From positions 7,316,001 to 7,380,000 of the forward strand of contig OZ024746.1 in assembly GCA_964016885.1 (NCBI GenBank): DNA of 64,000 nucleotides, in the 5' to 3' direction. Of the stretch, positions 50,592 to 64,000 are shown in pieces (within the stretch, counting starts at the first letter, position 1; each line of letters starts with the position of its first letter). Source of the DNA: Eledone cirrhosa (Eukaryota). The notes under the pieces are model-generated. The model was not told the origin of the DNA and made no database searches. It saw only the letters and a list, made by a program, of their open reading frames with translations. The position numbers and the translations under genes are program-made.

Positions 50592-50922
50592 ATAAAGGAA
50601 GAACTGACCCCAATACTTGACTGGTACTTTTTTTTTTATTGACCTTGAATAGATGAAAGGTAAAGTTGACCTCGACAGGATTTGAACTGAGAGAGAGCAG
50701 AATTGGAATACTACAAATCATTCTATCTGATGTTCTAATGACCCTGCCAATTCACCACTTACATAGAATGAGTTAAATCCAACACTACAAGCTAATGAAA
50801 TATTTATGATGTAATCATCATCACTGTTCAATGTCCATTTTCCACACTAACATGGGTTATAAGTTCTTATTCTGCATTAGTATCTATGTGGACTGGGATG
50901 ATGTGAGAATTAAGAGCTTTAA

Positions 50923-51143
50923 CCCTTTTCAAACCAATCCACCTAAAACTGCTTCTGACTATGAAACAAAATGACCCTATTTAAATTAAAGTCTTTCAAC
51001 ATAATTTGATATAAAAAAAAAAAACCTATTAAGTTATGTTACAAATACCATCTTGATAATGAAATACGTTTATTAAACCTCTCCAAATTCTTCATTAATT
51101 AATCCACATCGTGTCTTTCATTAGAAATATGGTTATGAAAGGG
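50923..51143. mobile_element. Second TTAA-flanked piggyBac-type MITE family
   Basis: TTAA-CCCTTTTC...GAAAGGG-TTAA; related copies at ~31611-31815, ~46997-47267, 49398-50165, ~63299-63350. Confidence 0.7.
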
Positions 51144-52273
51144 TTAAGATGATGCAATATTAGTAACAGGATAAAATACACTCAACTCATCAGTTAGTTA
51201 TAAGATTATATTCTCATTTAAACCAATGTCAGTGACAAAACATTTGATGGTCAAATGGGATGTCAGCTTATATCTGAGGTCAAAATTATGCTGATTTTCA
51301 CCAACTTCAAATTCTACGTGAATGAGGTGCTAAAATATTTTTACTTAGGGAGGTGAAATTTCCTCTTGATTTTGATGTGTTTTGAAAGAATATGCCTTCA
51401 AAATGGTTGGAAATTTGTAAAAAAAAAAAAAAAAATCATCACATTACATAATGGAGTTGTGAAGCACAAACTATACTCTAAACAACACTTAAAACATTTC
51501 AAATGTCAAAATATTAAAACTACATCAATATATTCTCCACTTATGAGAATTTCAAGACACCACCATCTAAACAAAATGTATTGATCAGCTGTCTTATAAG
51601 GGGTCTGTTTATATTTGAGTATGGGGCAGACAAAGGAAAAAGCGGACAGGAAAGAACTTTGTCACAAGCCAAACACTCAGTCATGACTGCCACAGATGCA
51701 GGCAGTTGGTGCAGCATTCAATACTGCAGTGTCCCAATGACCCCGAAAAGGGTTAAGGGTCCATGATGATGATGATATGGTATATTTTTTGAAGAAAATA
51801 AGAGCAGTTGATTTAACACTAAAATTATCCAAATATCCATGACTGATCTCTTTGTTACTTTCCAACACAACTAAGTAAACCATTGCTACACACAACACTC
51901 ACTCCCCCAGGTATGAGTTTCATGATAATGTTGTGTAGATAGTCTCCCAGACACTCAGCACCCCCCACACACACATCAGTGCCCCAGGTATGTGTTTCAT
52001 GATAATCTTGTGTATAGATCTAATACTTTTTAGTTGTTTACTTCAATTAGTAAATACCTCATCAAAACCTAACATTATCGTTCATTATAGCTGAAGTAGC
52101 CCTCCTAGACTAAACAATAAATACCAGTGTTTCGATGTCTAGCTACACACATTGTTGTTAGAGTGTGTGGAGGTGTTACGGCCTGGTTAGTCAACTTCTT
52201 GATTGATAGTGTCTTGCACAATGTCTAGTCACTACAAGTTATACAACAACAAAATTATATAATAGCAATTCAG

Positions 52274-52385
<112 letters not shown>

Positions 52386-52916
52386 CACACATACATACAT
52401 GTTGGTGTACCTAGGTTTTCTTTTTTTTTTAATAGTCTTCAGAAAAAGGTACAGTAGCTGCCTAGCCTTTTCCTTTCATGAGAAAATATGAAATTTACAG
52501 TTCACACCTATGCAGGTTTAGATGACCTGCAAAGTTGCATCTCATAAAAGGTTTCTTGGGTGTTTTACTGACAGGTGTAGCAATCATACCATGAAAAGCA
52601 ACAGAAAATGGAGTGCCTTGCTCTTCTTTTATAATACTGATGCAATCCAGTAACAGTGTTTACTGTTACCATATCTCCACGCAAAGGAAAAGTTATTTGG
52701 GGCAAGGAAAATCTTCAATAAATAATAAAATAAATTAATGTATGTATGGAAAGGTAACTCCCAATGGAGTTGTAGAAGCATCATCATCACATATGGTATA
52801 TACACAACTTCCATATTCTTCTATGTATAAAAAAAACAACCTTTTTATATATGCAATGTATGTATAAACCTGTAACTCTTGATGGAACCATAGGGATATT
52901 GTCTTGGGCTCTTTAA

Positions 52917-53124
52917 CCCTTTAGCATTTACATTACTTTATATATACTATTGTATTTTCATGGAAAAGGCTTTACCTCACATAATATCGAATCTATGAGA
53001 TTTTGATGTTATTTATTTTGAGAACAATACCTTAACATCAGTATGAGTGGCCAGTTACAGCCGGTTTGAACAGAAAGAAGTGAGAGAATTCTGGCCGGAT
53101 ATGGCTGGTTTAAATGCTAAAGGG
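52917..53124. mobile_element. piggyBac-type MITE
   Basis: TTAA target sites, TIR CCCTTTAGCATTTA / TAAATGCTAAAGGG. Confidence 0.8.
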
Positions 53125-53632
53125 TTAAACCTGGTGGAGCCTATCATCATTTTTCCAAGTCTGAAGACTTGCCTATTTCTGAGAGAGGGAAAGTTAGAGA
53201 GAGAAAGAAAGAGAGAGAGTTATAGAGGGGAAGTGAGAAAGAGATAAGAGGAATCAAAGCACCCCCTTCCATAATACTGGATTGATACTATTTTTTTTAT
53301 CGACCTTGGCAGGATTTAAAGGCAGAGAGCCAGAATGAATACCGCAAAGCTTTCTCTCTGACATTCTAACGGCATTCACTGCTTAAAATTAGAGTTTAAC
53401 AAGAAGTGCAACTGTATACATACATCATCATCATCGTTTAACGTCCATGTTCCACATACATATACAAATATATAGCCCACAATAAACAGGTAGATATATA
53501 AATTTATCTTTCCAACTACAAGATGTAAAATATCAACTAGTTCGTATTCGACCCAGTAATACAAATAAAACAAGGCACTTGAAAAACCTCTGCTAACAGG
53601 ATTACAACTATTTAAACATTACAGGATGATGT

Positions 53633-53679
<47 letters not shown>

Positions 53680-53877
53680 GCTTATTCTAAAACTGGTGTG
53701 GTTATCATAACTAACAGAAAGAAAACCGTTTCAAGAAGTGAGAGCTGACATTGACAGTGTTTGGAGAGAGCCTAACTAATCAAAATAGTAAAAAGTAAAA
53801 GACTGGTGGTGGTGGTGGTGGTGGTGGATAATGAAGCAAAATAAATTTCAAGAAATACTATCAAATGGTATTATGAT

Positions 53878-54065
53878 GGATTGGCAGTGTCGGCAGAGGG
53901 TTTGACACCATGCTTTGCAGCATAGAGTTACGGCCCTTTATGGTCTGAGTTCAAAAAATCCCGCCGAGGTTACCTTTGCTTTTCATCCTTACGGGGTTGA
54001 GAAAATAAAGTACCAGTAATACACTGGGGTAATTGCTGGCCTTGTGCCAAAAGTAGAAACAATTA
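53878..54065 (+). mobile_element. SINE, same family, opposite orientation
   Basis: ctgagttcaaa...tttcatccttacggggttgagaaaataaagtaccagt...ggccttgtgccaaaagtagaaacaatta; more decayed copies near 46810, 47595, 56460 (+) and 28420, 37245, 50600, 53280 (-). Confidence 0.72.
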
Positions 54066-55061
54066 TGATATACTATATTTCAGCTCCAAATTTATTGAGA
54101 ATGATGTTGGATGTCATGTTGGTGGAACGTTAAAAAACACCCAGTCCACACTGTAAAGTGGCCATGTAGGTGTCACGATAAAAATGCATCCTTATTAGTT
54201 TTTTTCTATTAAGAAAATAGTGTGCATATATACATATAAGCATATAGACAATATGCCCCCACACCCTCCCACTGCAAAGTGGTCATGGAGGTGCCACGGC
54301 AAAAAAGCACCCAGCCCACACTGTAACGTGGACATGTAGGCGCCACGGAAAAAAAGCACCCAGCACTCACTGTAAATGAGGTTGGTATTAGGAAGGGCAA
54401 CCAGCTGTAGAAATCAAGCCAAAATCAGTTCCCGTATGAGCAAGACAAAGTCAGCCGACCTGACACTGCCCACAACAGGACAACCTGTCTAACCCATGCT
54501 AGCGTGGAAGAACGGGCGTAAAACGGTGATGATGTTGATATATTGGTGTGTGTATACATATACAGGTGTGTGTATGCATATATAGGTATGTATTTACATA
54601 CATATGTGTATATGTATGTGTGTATATATATATATATATATGTGTGTGTGTATATGTATATATATGTGTGTGTGTGCGCATGTTTGTATGTATATATAGT
54701 GTGTTGAATGTGTAGAAAGAATGAAGGAATAAGTCTACTAAAACTGTAACATAGTCAACAACAGCTGCAAAGGAGTGCAGATGGTAAATATGCATTAACC
54801 ATTTGTTGAGAACAAATGGAAATCTACAAATTACAAGAATTACTTGTTGTAAAACTATATTGACAAAGGAGGAAGAAAATCTAAAAAAGAGAGAAGAAAA
54901 ATTTCCTCTTCATTAGCATTTCTACGTCTTAGCTAACATCTGAAAACATTCAACTATATTGAGATGGAAATGTCTTTTCAAAAAGGTTTCTTACATTCTT
55001 TACCACTTCACTATAAATAACGGCAGCATTTTTAGAAAATTAATGAATGGGAATCATGAGT

Positions 55062-55310
55062 ATAGAACAAGTTAGAGTAGTGAAAGCTGTAGAACAAGTT
55101 AGAGTAGTGAAAGCTGTAGAACAAGTTAGAGTAGTGAAAGCTGTAGAACAAGTTAGAGTAGTGAAAGCTGTAGAACAAGTTAGAGTAGTGAAAACTGTAG
55201 AACAAGTTAGAGTAGTGAAAACTGTAGAACAAGTTAGAGTAGTGAAAACTGTAGAACAAGTTAGAGTAGTGAAAACTGTAGAACAAGTTAGAGTAGTGAA
55301 AACTGTAGGA
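55062..55310. repeat. Minisatellite, 27-bp unit, ~9 copies
   Basis: agaacaagttagagtagtgaaa(g/a)ctgt. Confidence 0.96.
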
Positions 55311-56132
55311 CATGTTAGGAAGTATTAACTGTGAGAGATATTGAACAGATTAGGAAGTGAAATCCCAAATTATAAGAAGCATCCTTAAGTGGTCAACAGA
55401 ATCAATAATAAAACAAACATCTGAAAGATTTTTTTTTTTTTTTACTGTAAATTAAGGGTAAATTCAATGCTAATGATACTCAGTAGAAGAAATCTGGTTA
55501 TGAACAAAAATATGTGGACTTTCTGATTAGTTGCTTTAAAAACAATAATAAATAGTTACTTTAAAAAAAAACTTGTAGTACCTGCCCACCAATACAGTGG
55601 TAGACAGGTACTATATGTGAGAGAAATAACTGTTTTAAACACTAACAGCACTACAAAAGACAATCTCACAATTTCAAATTAGGAAGACAGAGACATACAA
55701 TAGACCAACATCCTATCATCGTATCTGAAATTTAGGTTTTATTTAGTTTATATTACCACAGGAAAACGTTATCCCTATTGATCTTTGTGAGTCAGAAAAG
55801 GATTAACAATTGTTTTAAAGTATTAGGGGGTTAGTATTATAAATCTGAAAATCTTGCACCACCTCCAGGCATAATCTCTTAATCTGTGTAACCACAATTG
55901 ACAAATCGCTGTCCCCTATACACATCATTTCTCTTTACACCAATCTCACTAATAATAAATTCTATCACTTTTTTGTCTTTTTACATTTCAATGATCAGTG
56001 AAATGAAGCTTTCTTTTGCATTAATTGTGCAATTTTCTTCAAATTTTAAATTAAACCCATTAATTTTATAAAAAAACAAAAGCAAAATTATTTTAACTCT
56101 ATATACTAAACAGCTTGAAAACGACCGTTGGT

Positions 56133-56392
56133 CTATGATACTGTGTTTTAAGGTATGACCCTCATTCTATGATACTGTGTTTTAAGGTATGACCCTCATT
56201 CTATGATACTATGTTTTAAGGTATGACCCTCATTCTATGATACTATGTTTTAAGGTATGACCCTCATTCTATGATACTGTGTTTTAAGGTACGACCCTTG
56301 TTCTATGATACTATGTTTTAAGGTATGACCCTTGTTCTATGATACTATGTTTTAAGGTATGACCCTTATTCTATGATACTGTGTTTTAAGGT
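56133..56392. repeat. Minisatellite, ~34-bp unit, ~8 copies
   Basis: ctatgatact(g/a)tgttttaaggtatgaccctcatt. Confidence 0.94.
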
Positions 56393-56699
56393 GTCTATAG
56401 CTATCTAAAAGTGGTGAATTGTCACAGTCTTTAGAAAATCAGATACAATGCTTTGTGATAGTCATTTTGGTTCTGTGAGTTCAAATCCTGCCGAGGTCAA
56501 CTTTTTTTTATCAACCTTGAGATGCATGAAAAACAAAGTACCAGTCTAGTACTGGAGTAGATTCTTCCTCTATATCTCTCACTTTCATTCTCTCAATCTC
56601 TGGAAGAAATCTGCTGTATTCAGGCCTGAGAAGGACACCGGCTGTGTCAAGTTTAAAAATGCCCTAGAAATACCAACTGTCAATGTTGAGAAAGTTATA

Positions 56700-57747
56700 T
56701 GAGTATAAAGTCTTTCCCTAGGGTGACTATAAAGTCTTTCCCTAGGGTGACTATAAAGTCTTTCCCTAGGGTGAGTATAAAGTCTTTCTCTAGGGTGAGT
56801 ATAAAGTCTTTCCCTAGGGTGAGTATAAAGTCTTTCCCTAGGGTGAGTATAAAGTCTTTCCCTAGGGTGAGTATAAAGTCTTTCCCTAGGGTGACTATAA
56901 AGTCTTTCCCTAGGGTGACTATAAAGTCTTTCTCTAGGGTGACTATAAAGTCTTTCTCTAGGGTGACTATAAAGTCTTTCCCTAGGGTGAGTATAAAGTC
57001 TTTCCCTAGGGTGAGTATAAAGTCTTTCCCTAGGGTGAGTATAACGTCTTTCCCTAGGGTGAGTATAAAGTCTTTCTCTAGGGTGAGTATAAAGTCTTTC
57101 CCTAGGGTGAGTATAAAGTCTTTCTCTAGGGTGAGTATAAAGTCTTTCCCTAGGGTGAGTATAAAGTCTTTCCCTAGGGTGAGTATAAAGTCTTTCCCTA
57201 GGGTGAGTATAAAGTCTTTCCCTAGGGTGACTATAAAGTCTTTCCCTAGGGTGAGTATAAAGTCTTTCCCTAGGGTGAGTATAAAGTCTTTCCCTAGGGT
57301 GACTATAAAGTCTTTCCCTAGGGTGACTATAAAGTCTTTCTCTAGGGTGAGTATAAAGTCTTTCTCTAGGGTGAGTATAAAGTCTTTCCCTAGGGTGAGT
57401 ATAAAGTATTTCCCTAGAGTGAGTATAAAGTCTTTCCCTAGGGTGAGTATAAAGTCTTTCCCTAGGGTGACTATAATGTCTTTCCCTAGGGTGACTATAA
57501 TGTCTTTCCCTAGGGTGACTATAATGTCTTTCCCTAGGGTGACTATAATGTCTTTCCCTAGGGTGACTATAAAGTCTTTCCCTAGGGTGAGTATAGTCTT
57601 TCTCTAGGGTGACTATAAAGTCTTTCCTAGGGTGAGTATAAAGTCTTTCCTAGGGTGAGTATAAAGTCTTTCCCTAGGGTGAGTATAAAGTCTTTCCCTA
57701 GGGTGAGTATAAAGTCTTTCCCGAGGGTGAGTATAAAGTCTTTCCCT
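56700..57747. repeat. Minisatellite, 24-bp unit, ~43 copies
   Basis: agggtga(g/c)tataaagtctttccct. Confidence 0.97.
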
Positions 57748-58223
57748 GATTATACCTCAAATACTATTTGAGATTTTACTTTTAATTTATAAATTTCAAA
57801 TTTTTCTGAACATGTTTTACATGTGTTTTGTGGTTCCAAATACTTTAAGCTCACCCTGTACTACTAAACCTCTTCAAATTTATATTTTCAAAATTATTTG
57901 AAAACCATATATAGTGTCTTTCATGAGAAATATGGTGATGGAATGAGTGAAACTACTAATATAACTAAAACACTGACTAGTTTACTTATAACTAACAATC
58001 TGGATATTTTGTTTCAATACTTATAATAATAATTCTTTTTCTATTTCAGAGATTTTCATAAATTACTAGAAGTTTCTTTTATTTCAAAGAAAGTTGAAAC
58101 AAACAACTTCATGAATTATTATAATTGGTAATAGAATATTCTCCAAAGTTACAATACTATATACAGATTCCTGTCTCAGACAATGAACAAAGAATGGGGG
58201 GGGGGGGGGCTTGATATATTATA

Positions 58224-61068
58224 GTTAATGACACTAACAGTGGTATATATAGGAGGGGGGTTAATGACACTAACAGTGGTATATATAGGGGGGGGGGGTT
58301 AATGACACTAACAGTGGTATATATAGGGGGTGGGGGGTGTGTCAATGACACTAACAGTGGTATATATAGGGGTGGTGGTTAATGACACTAACAGTGGTAT
58401 ATATAGGGGGTGGTTAATGACACTAACAGTGGTATATATAGGGGGTGGTGGTTAATGACACTAACAGTGGTATATATAGGGGGTTGTGATGTCAATGACA
58501 CTAACAGTGGTATATATAGGGTGGTGGTGGTGTCAATGACACTAACAGTGGTATATATAGGGTGGTGGTGGTGGTGTCAATGACACTAACAGTGGTATAT
58601 ATAGGGGGTGGTGGTTAATGACACTAACAGTGGTATATATAGGGTGGTGGTGGTGTCAATGACACTAACAGTGGTATATATAGGGTGGTGGTGGTGTCAA
58701 TGACACTAACAGTGCTATATATAGGGTGGTGGTGGTGTCAATGACACTAACAGTGGTATATATAGGGGGGGGGTTAATGACACTAACAGTGGTATATATA
58801 GGGGGTGGTGGTTAATGACACTAACAGTGGTATATATAGGGTGGTGGTGGTGTCAATGACACTAACAGTGGTATATATAGGGTGGTGGTGGTGTCAATGA
58901 CACTAACAGTGGTATATATAGGGGGTGGTGGTTAATGACACTAACAGTGGTATATATAGGGGGTGGTGGTTAATGACACTAACAGTGGTATATATAGGGG
59001 GGATGTTAATGACACTAACAGTGGTATATATAGGTGGTGGTGTCAATGACACTAACAGTGGTATATATAGGGGGTGGTGGTTAATGACACTAACAGTGGT
59101 ATATATAGGGGTGGTGTCAATGACACTAACAGTGGTATATATAGGGGGTGGTGGTGTCAATGACACTAACAGTGGTATATATAGGGGGTGGTGGTTAATG
59201 ACACTAACAGTGGTATATATAGGGTGGTGGTGGTGCCAATGACACTAACAGTGGTATATATAGAGGGTGGTGGTGTCAATGACACTAACAGTGGTATATA
59301 TAGAGGGTGGTGGTGTCAATGACACTAACAGTGGTATATATAGAGGGTGGTGGTGTCAATGACACTAACAGTGGTATATATAGAGGGTGGTGGTGTCAAT
59401 GACACTAACAGTGGTATATATAGGGGGTGGTGGTGTCAATGACACTAACTGGTATATATAGAGGGTGGTGGTGTCAATGACACTAACAGTGGTATATATA
59501 GAGGGTGGTGGTGTCAATGACACTAACAGTGGTATATATAGGGGGTGGTGGTGTCAATGACACTAACTGGTATATATAGGGGGTGGTGTCAATGACACTA
59601 ACAGTGGTATATATAGAGGGTGGTGGTGTCAATGACACTAACAGTGGTATATATAGGGTGGTGGTGGTGTCAATGACACTAACAGTGGTATATATAGGGT
59701 GGTGGTGGTGTCAATGACACTAACAGTGGTATATATAGAGGGTGGTGGTGTCAATGACACTAACAGTGGTATATATAGAGGGTGGTGGTGTCAATGACAC
59801 TAACAGTGGTATATATAGGGGGTGGTGGTGTCAATGACACTAACTGGTATATATAGGGGGTGGTGTCAATGACACTAACAGTGGTATATATAGAGGGTGG
59901 TGGTGTCAATGACACTAACAGTGGTATATATAGAGGGTGGTGGTGTCAATGACACTAACAGTGGTATATATAGGGGGTGGTGGTGTCAATGACACTAACT
60001 GGTATATATAGGGGGTGGTGTCAATGACACTAACAGTGGTATATATAGAGGGTGGTGGTGTCAATGACACTAACAGTGGTATATATAGGGGGTGGTGATT
60101 AATGACACTAACAGTGGTATATATAGAGGGTGGTGGTGCCAATGACACTAACAGTGGTATATATAGGGTGGTGGTGCCAATGACACTAACAGTGGTATAT
60201 ATAGGGTGGTGGTGGTGTCAATGACACTAACAGTGGTATATATAGGGTGGTGGTGGTGTCAATGACACTAACAGTGGTATATATAGGGGGGGGGGGGGTT
60301 AATGACACTAACAGTGGTATATATAGGGGGTGGTGGTTAATGACACTAACAGTGGTATATATAGGGTGGTGGTGGTGTCAATGACACTAACAGTGGTATA
60401 TATAGGGTGGTGGTGGTGTCAATGACACTAACAGTGGTATATATAGAGGGTGGTGGTGTCAATGACACTAACAGTGGTATATATAGGGTGGTGGTGGTGT
60501 CAATGACACTAACAGTGGTATATATAGGGGGGGGTGTCAATGACACTAACAGTGGTATATATAGGGGGGGGTGTCAATGACACTAACAGTGGTATATATA
60601 GGGTGGTGGTGGTGTCAATGACACTAACAGTGGTATATATAGGGTGGTGGTGGTGTCAATGACACTAACAGTGGTATATATAGGGGGTGGTGGTGTCAAT
60701 GACACTAACAGTGGTATATATAGGGGGGGGTGTCAATGACACTAACAGTGGTATATATAAGGTGGTGGTGGTGTCAATGACACTAACAGTGGTATATATA
60801 GAGGGTGGTGGTGTCAATGACACTAACAGTGGTATATATAGGGGGTTGTGATGTCAATGACACTAACAGTGGTATATATAGGAGGTGGTGGTGGTGTATG
60901 ACACTAACAGTGGTATATATAGAGGGTGGTGGTCAATGACACTAACAGTGGTATATATAGGGGGTGGTGGTTAATGACACTAACAGTGGTATATATAGGG
61001 GGGGGGGGTGTCAATGATACTAACAGTGGTATATGTAGGGGGAGGGGTGTTAATGACACTAACAGTGC
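58224..61068. repeat. G-rich minisatellite, ~37-43-bp unit
   Basis: aatgacactaacagtggtatatatagggggtggtggtgtc. Confidence 0.97.
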
Positions 61069-61753
61069 TCTATAAACATCACCTTTAAAGTACCTTATCA
61101 AATAAAATAAAACAATGTAATTACAATGCTATATAAAGTCACGGAATGACATTCACAACATTTGTTTATATTTAAAATAAAATTCAACATCCAGTTATTT
61201 ACTTTTTTTACAATTGGAATAAATAAAAAATTTAAAACTAAAACATGTGAAAACTTATCTGTACAAGAAGTAAAACATTTCACAGTTTCTTCTTCTGGAC
61301 AGGATAGTTTACAAGGTTTGTTATGTGTCTTGTATAACAATGTGAAATAGTGTCAACATCAGTCAACAATTTGCACACCTTATACATATTTTGGGGGAAA
61401 TGACAGTTAATTTTTATTATTACACCCACCTCCAAGATGGCTGATATTGAGTTCTAGAGTGGGGGGAACAGCATCAAAGAGTAATTTACGACAGTTTTGA
61501 AACATATTTTTCAAAACATCAGAATTCTAGGTCCCCCACTCCTAAAAAAAAACAATTTACCTTAAATTCTAACCAAGCCTATCAACTATAACTACCTTTA
61601 AAATAATAAAAAAAATTACTATTACACTCATCACAGAGACAGGTGTAACAATACAAATTTATTGAAATATCTTAATTTCCTGTGAGTTTTCTTAGAACAG
61701 CAATCTGACTTCATAGAATTAAAAGGTTTATATTTTGTTAGAATATGAAGAAA

Positions 61754-63292
61754 GTGTTACATCTGACATAGTGATGGTGTTACACCTGACATAGTGATGG
61801 TGTTACACCTGACATAGTGATGGTGTTACACCTGACAGTGATAGTGTTACACCTGACATAGTGATGGTGTTACACCTGACAGTGATGGTGTTACACCTGA
61901 CATAGTGATGGTGTTACACCTGACAGTGATGGTGTTACACCTGACAGTGATGGTGTTACACCTGACAGTGATAGTGTTACACCTGACAGTGATAGTGTTA
62001 CACCTGACAGTGATAGTGTTACACCTGACCTTGTGATGGTGTTACACCTGACATTGTGATGGTGTTACACCTGACATAGTGATGGTGTTACACCTGACAG
62101 TGATGGTGTTACACCTGACATAGTGATGGTGTTACACCTGACAGTGATGGTGTTACACCTGACAGTGATGGTGTTACACCTGACAGTGATAGTGTTACAC
62201 CTGACATAGTGATGGTGTTACACCTGACATAGTGATGGTGTTACACCTGACATAGTGATGGTGTTACACCTGACAGTGATGGTGCTACACCTGACAGTGA
62301 TGGTGTTACACATGAAATAGTGATGGTGTTACACCTGACAGTGATAGTGTTACACCTGACATAGTGATGGTGTTACACCTGACAGTGATGGTGTTACACC
62401 TGACAGTGATGGTGTTACACCTGACATAGTGATGGTGTTACACCTGACATATTGATAGTGTTACACCTGACATAGTGATGGTGTTACACCTGACATAGTG
62501 ATGGTGTTACACCTGACAGTGATGGTGTTACACCTGACATAGTGATGGTGTTACACCTGACAGTGATGGTGTTACACCTGACATATTGATAGTGTTACAC
62601 CTGACATATTGATGGTGTTACACCTGACATATTGATAGTGTTACACCTGACATATTGATAGTGTTACACCTGACAGTGATAGTGTTACACCTGACATATT
62701 GATAGTGTTACACCTGACAGTGATAGTGTTACACCTGACATAGTGATAGTGTTACACCTGACATATTGATAGTGTTACACCTGACATAGTGATAGTGTTA
62801 CACCTGACAGTGATAGTGTTACACCTGACATATTGATAGTGTTACACCTGACATATTGATAATGTTACACCTGACATAGGGATAGTGTTACACCTGACAT
62901 ATTGATAGTGTTATACCAGACATAGTGATAGTGTTACACCTGACAGTGATAGTGTTACACCTGACATATTGATAGTGTTACACCTGACATATTGATAATG
63001 TTACACCTGACATAGGGATAGTGTTACACCTGACATATTGATAGTGTTATACCAGACATAGTGATAGTGTTACACCCAACATATTGAGTGTTACACCTGA
63101 CATATTCATAGTGTTACACCTGACAGTGATAGTGTTACACCTGACATATTGGTGGTGTTACACCTGACATTGATAGTGTTACACCTGACATAGTGATGGT
63201 GTTACACCTGACATAATGGTAGTGTTACACCTGACATATTGATAGTGTTACACCCAACATATTGATAGTGTTACACCCAACATATTGATAAT
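61754..63292. repeat. Minisatellite, 23/21-bp unit
   Basis: gtgttacacctgaca(ta)gtgat(g/a). Confidence 0.97.
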
Positions 63293-64000
63293 GTGGTTTT
63301 ATTTCATAGAACCAGAGCTGGTTTTGGCTGGGTTGGTAACTAAAGGGTTAAAACTGTAACAGAAGAAAGTGACATAGAAATATCTGAAGACTGGGACCAA
63401 TCTATTGGCTTGCCATTTTTGTGCTAGAAACATAAAGGCTGATAATCTCTTTGAGAATCTGTAGATTTTTCTTAGTCTATTGACATTCATACATTTTCTA
63501 CAGAATTTCAAATAACACCTTAATTGTTTTTGTATTTCATAAAAATATCTTTAGTCTCCAGTCTAGAAACAGCAGGCAATTTCAAGTCAAAAGGATTACA
63601 TTTTCAGGTATCTTATAAAATAACTACTGTATATATTAGAATATAAGCTTAGGAATATAGGACAAAAAAAAAAAGTGATGATAAATTGGGAAGTTGGCTT
63701 ATATACACCATCTAAACAATGTGTTGGTTAGCTGGCTTGCTTTATAAATAGGGTTTGGATTTTCACTTATTTCTCAGGCATAAAATAGGGGTGTTGGCTT
63801 ATATTCAGATCAGCTTATGTTCAAGTATATATGGTAAATGAAACATTGCATCTTGCTACAATTGTTATGCTAGAAAGAAGTTAGAGCCTCAGGAATGTTT
63901 ATAATTTCCTTTGTCTATTGAATTCATCACCATCATCACTGTTTAACGTGAATTCATCACCATCATCACTGTTTAATGTCCATTTTCCCAGAGATATAAG

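Noticed and set aside
56699-57607. 302-aa ORF (SIKSFPRV)n and the other repetitive ORFs at 13546-19908, 25558-27537, 34353-35923, 49424, 55032, 58157-61101
   Set aside because: Translations of minisatellites.

Overview
AT-rich, repeat-dense animal genomic DNA. The SINE/LINE repertoire suggests a coleoid cephalopod, probably an octopus (inference only). The window holds the N-terminal and central part of one spliced minus-strand gene, lethal(2) giant larvae (Lgl/LLGL). I could join 16 exons (46742 down to 1) in frame by hand, about 755 codons. The first coding exon was not found, and the gene runs off the left edge. The introns are filled with more than a dozen minisatellites, tRNA-derived SINEs, RTE/Ingi/CRE LINE fragments, TTAA- and TA-flanked MITEs and Helitron-like elements. 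Most ORFs in the supplied track are repeat artefacts. The most notable signals are: (1) a family of minimal type I hammerhead-ribozyme motifs in inverted-repeat contexts (Penelope-like/retrozyme-like relics), two of them on the Lgl pre-mRNA strand; (2) a textbook U12 minor-spliceosome intron; (3) a candidate 27-nt basic microexon directly after the aPKC-regulated polybasic membrane-binding motif; (4) several minisatellites that appear to have arisen from transposon termini.
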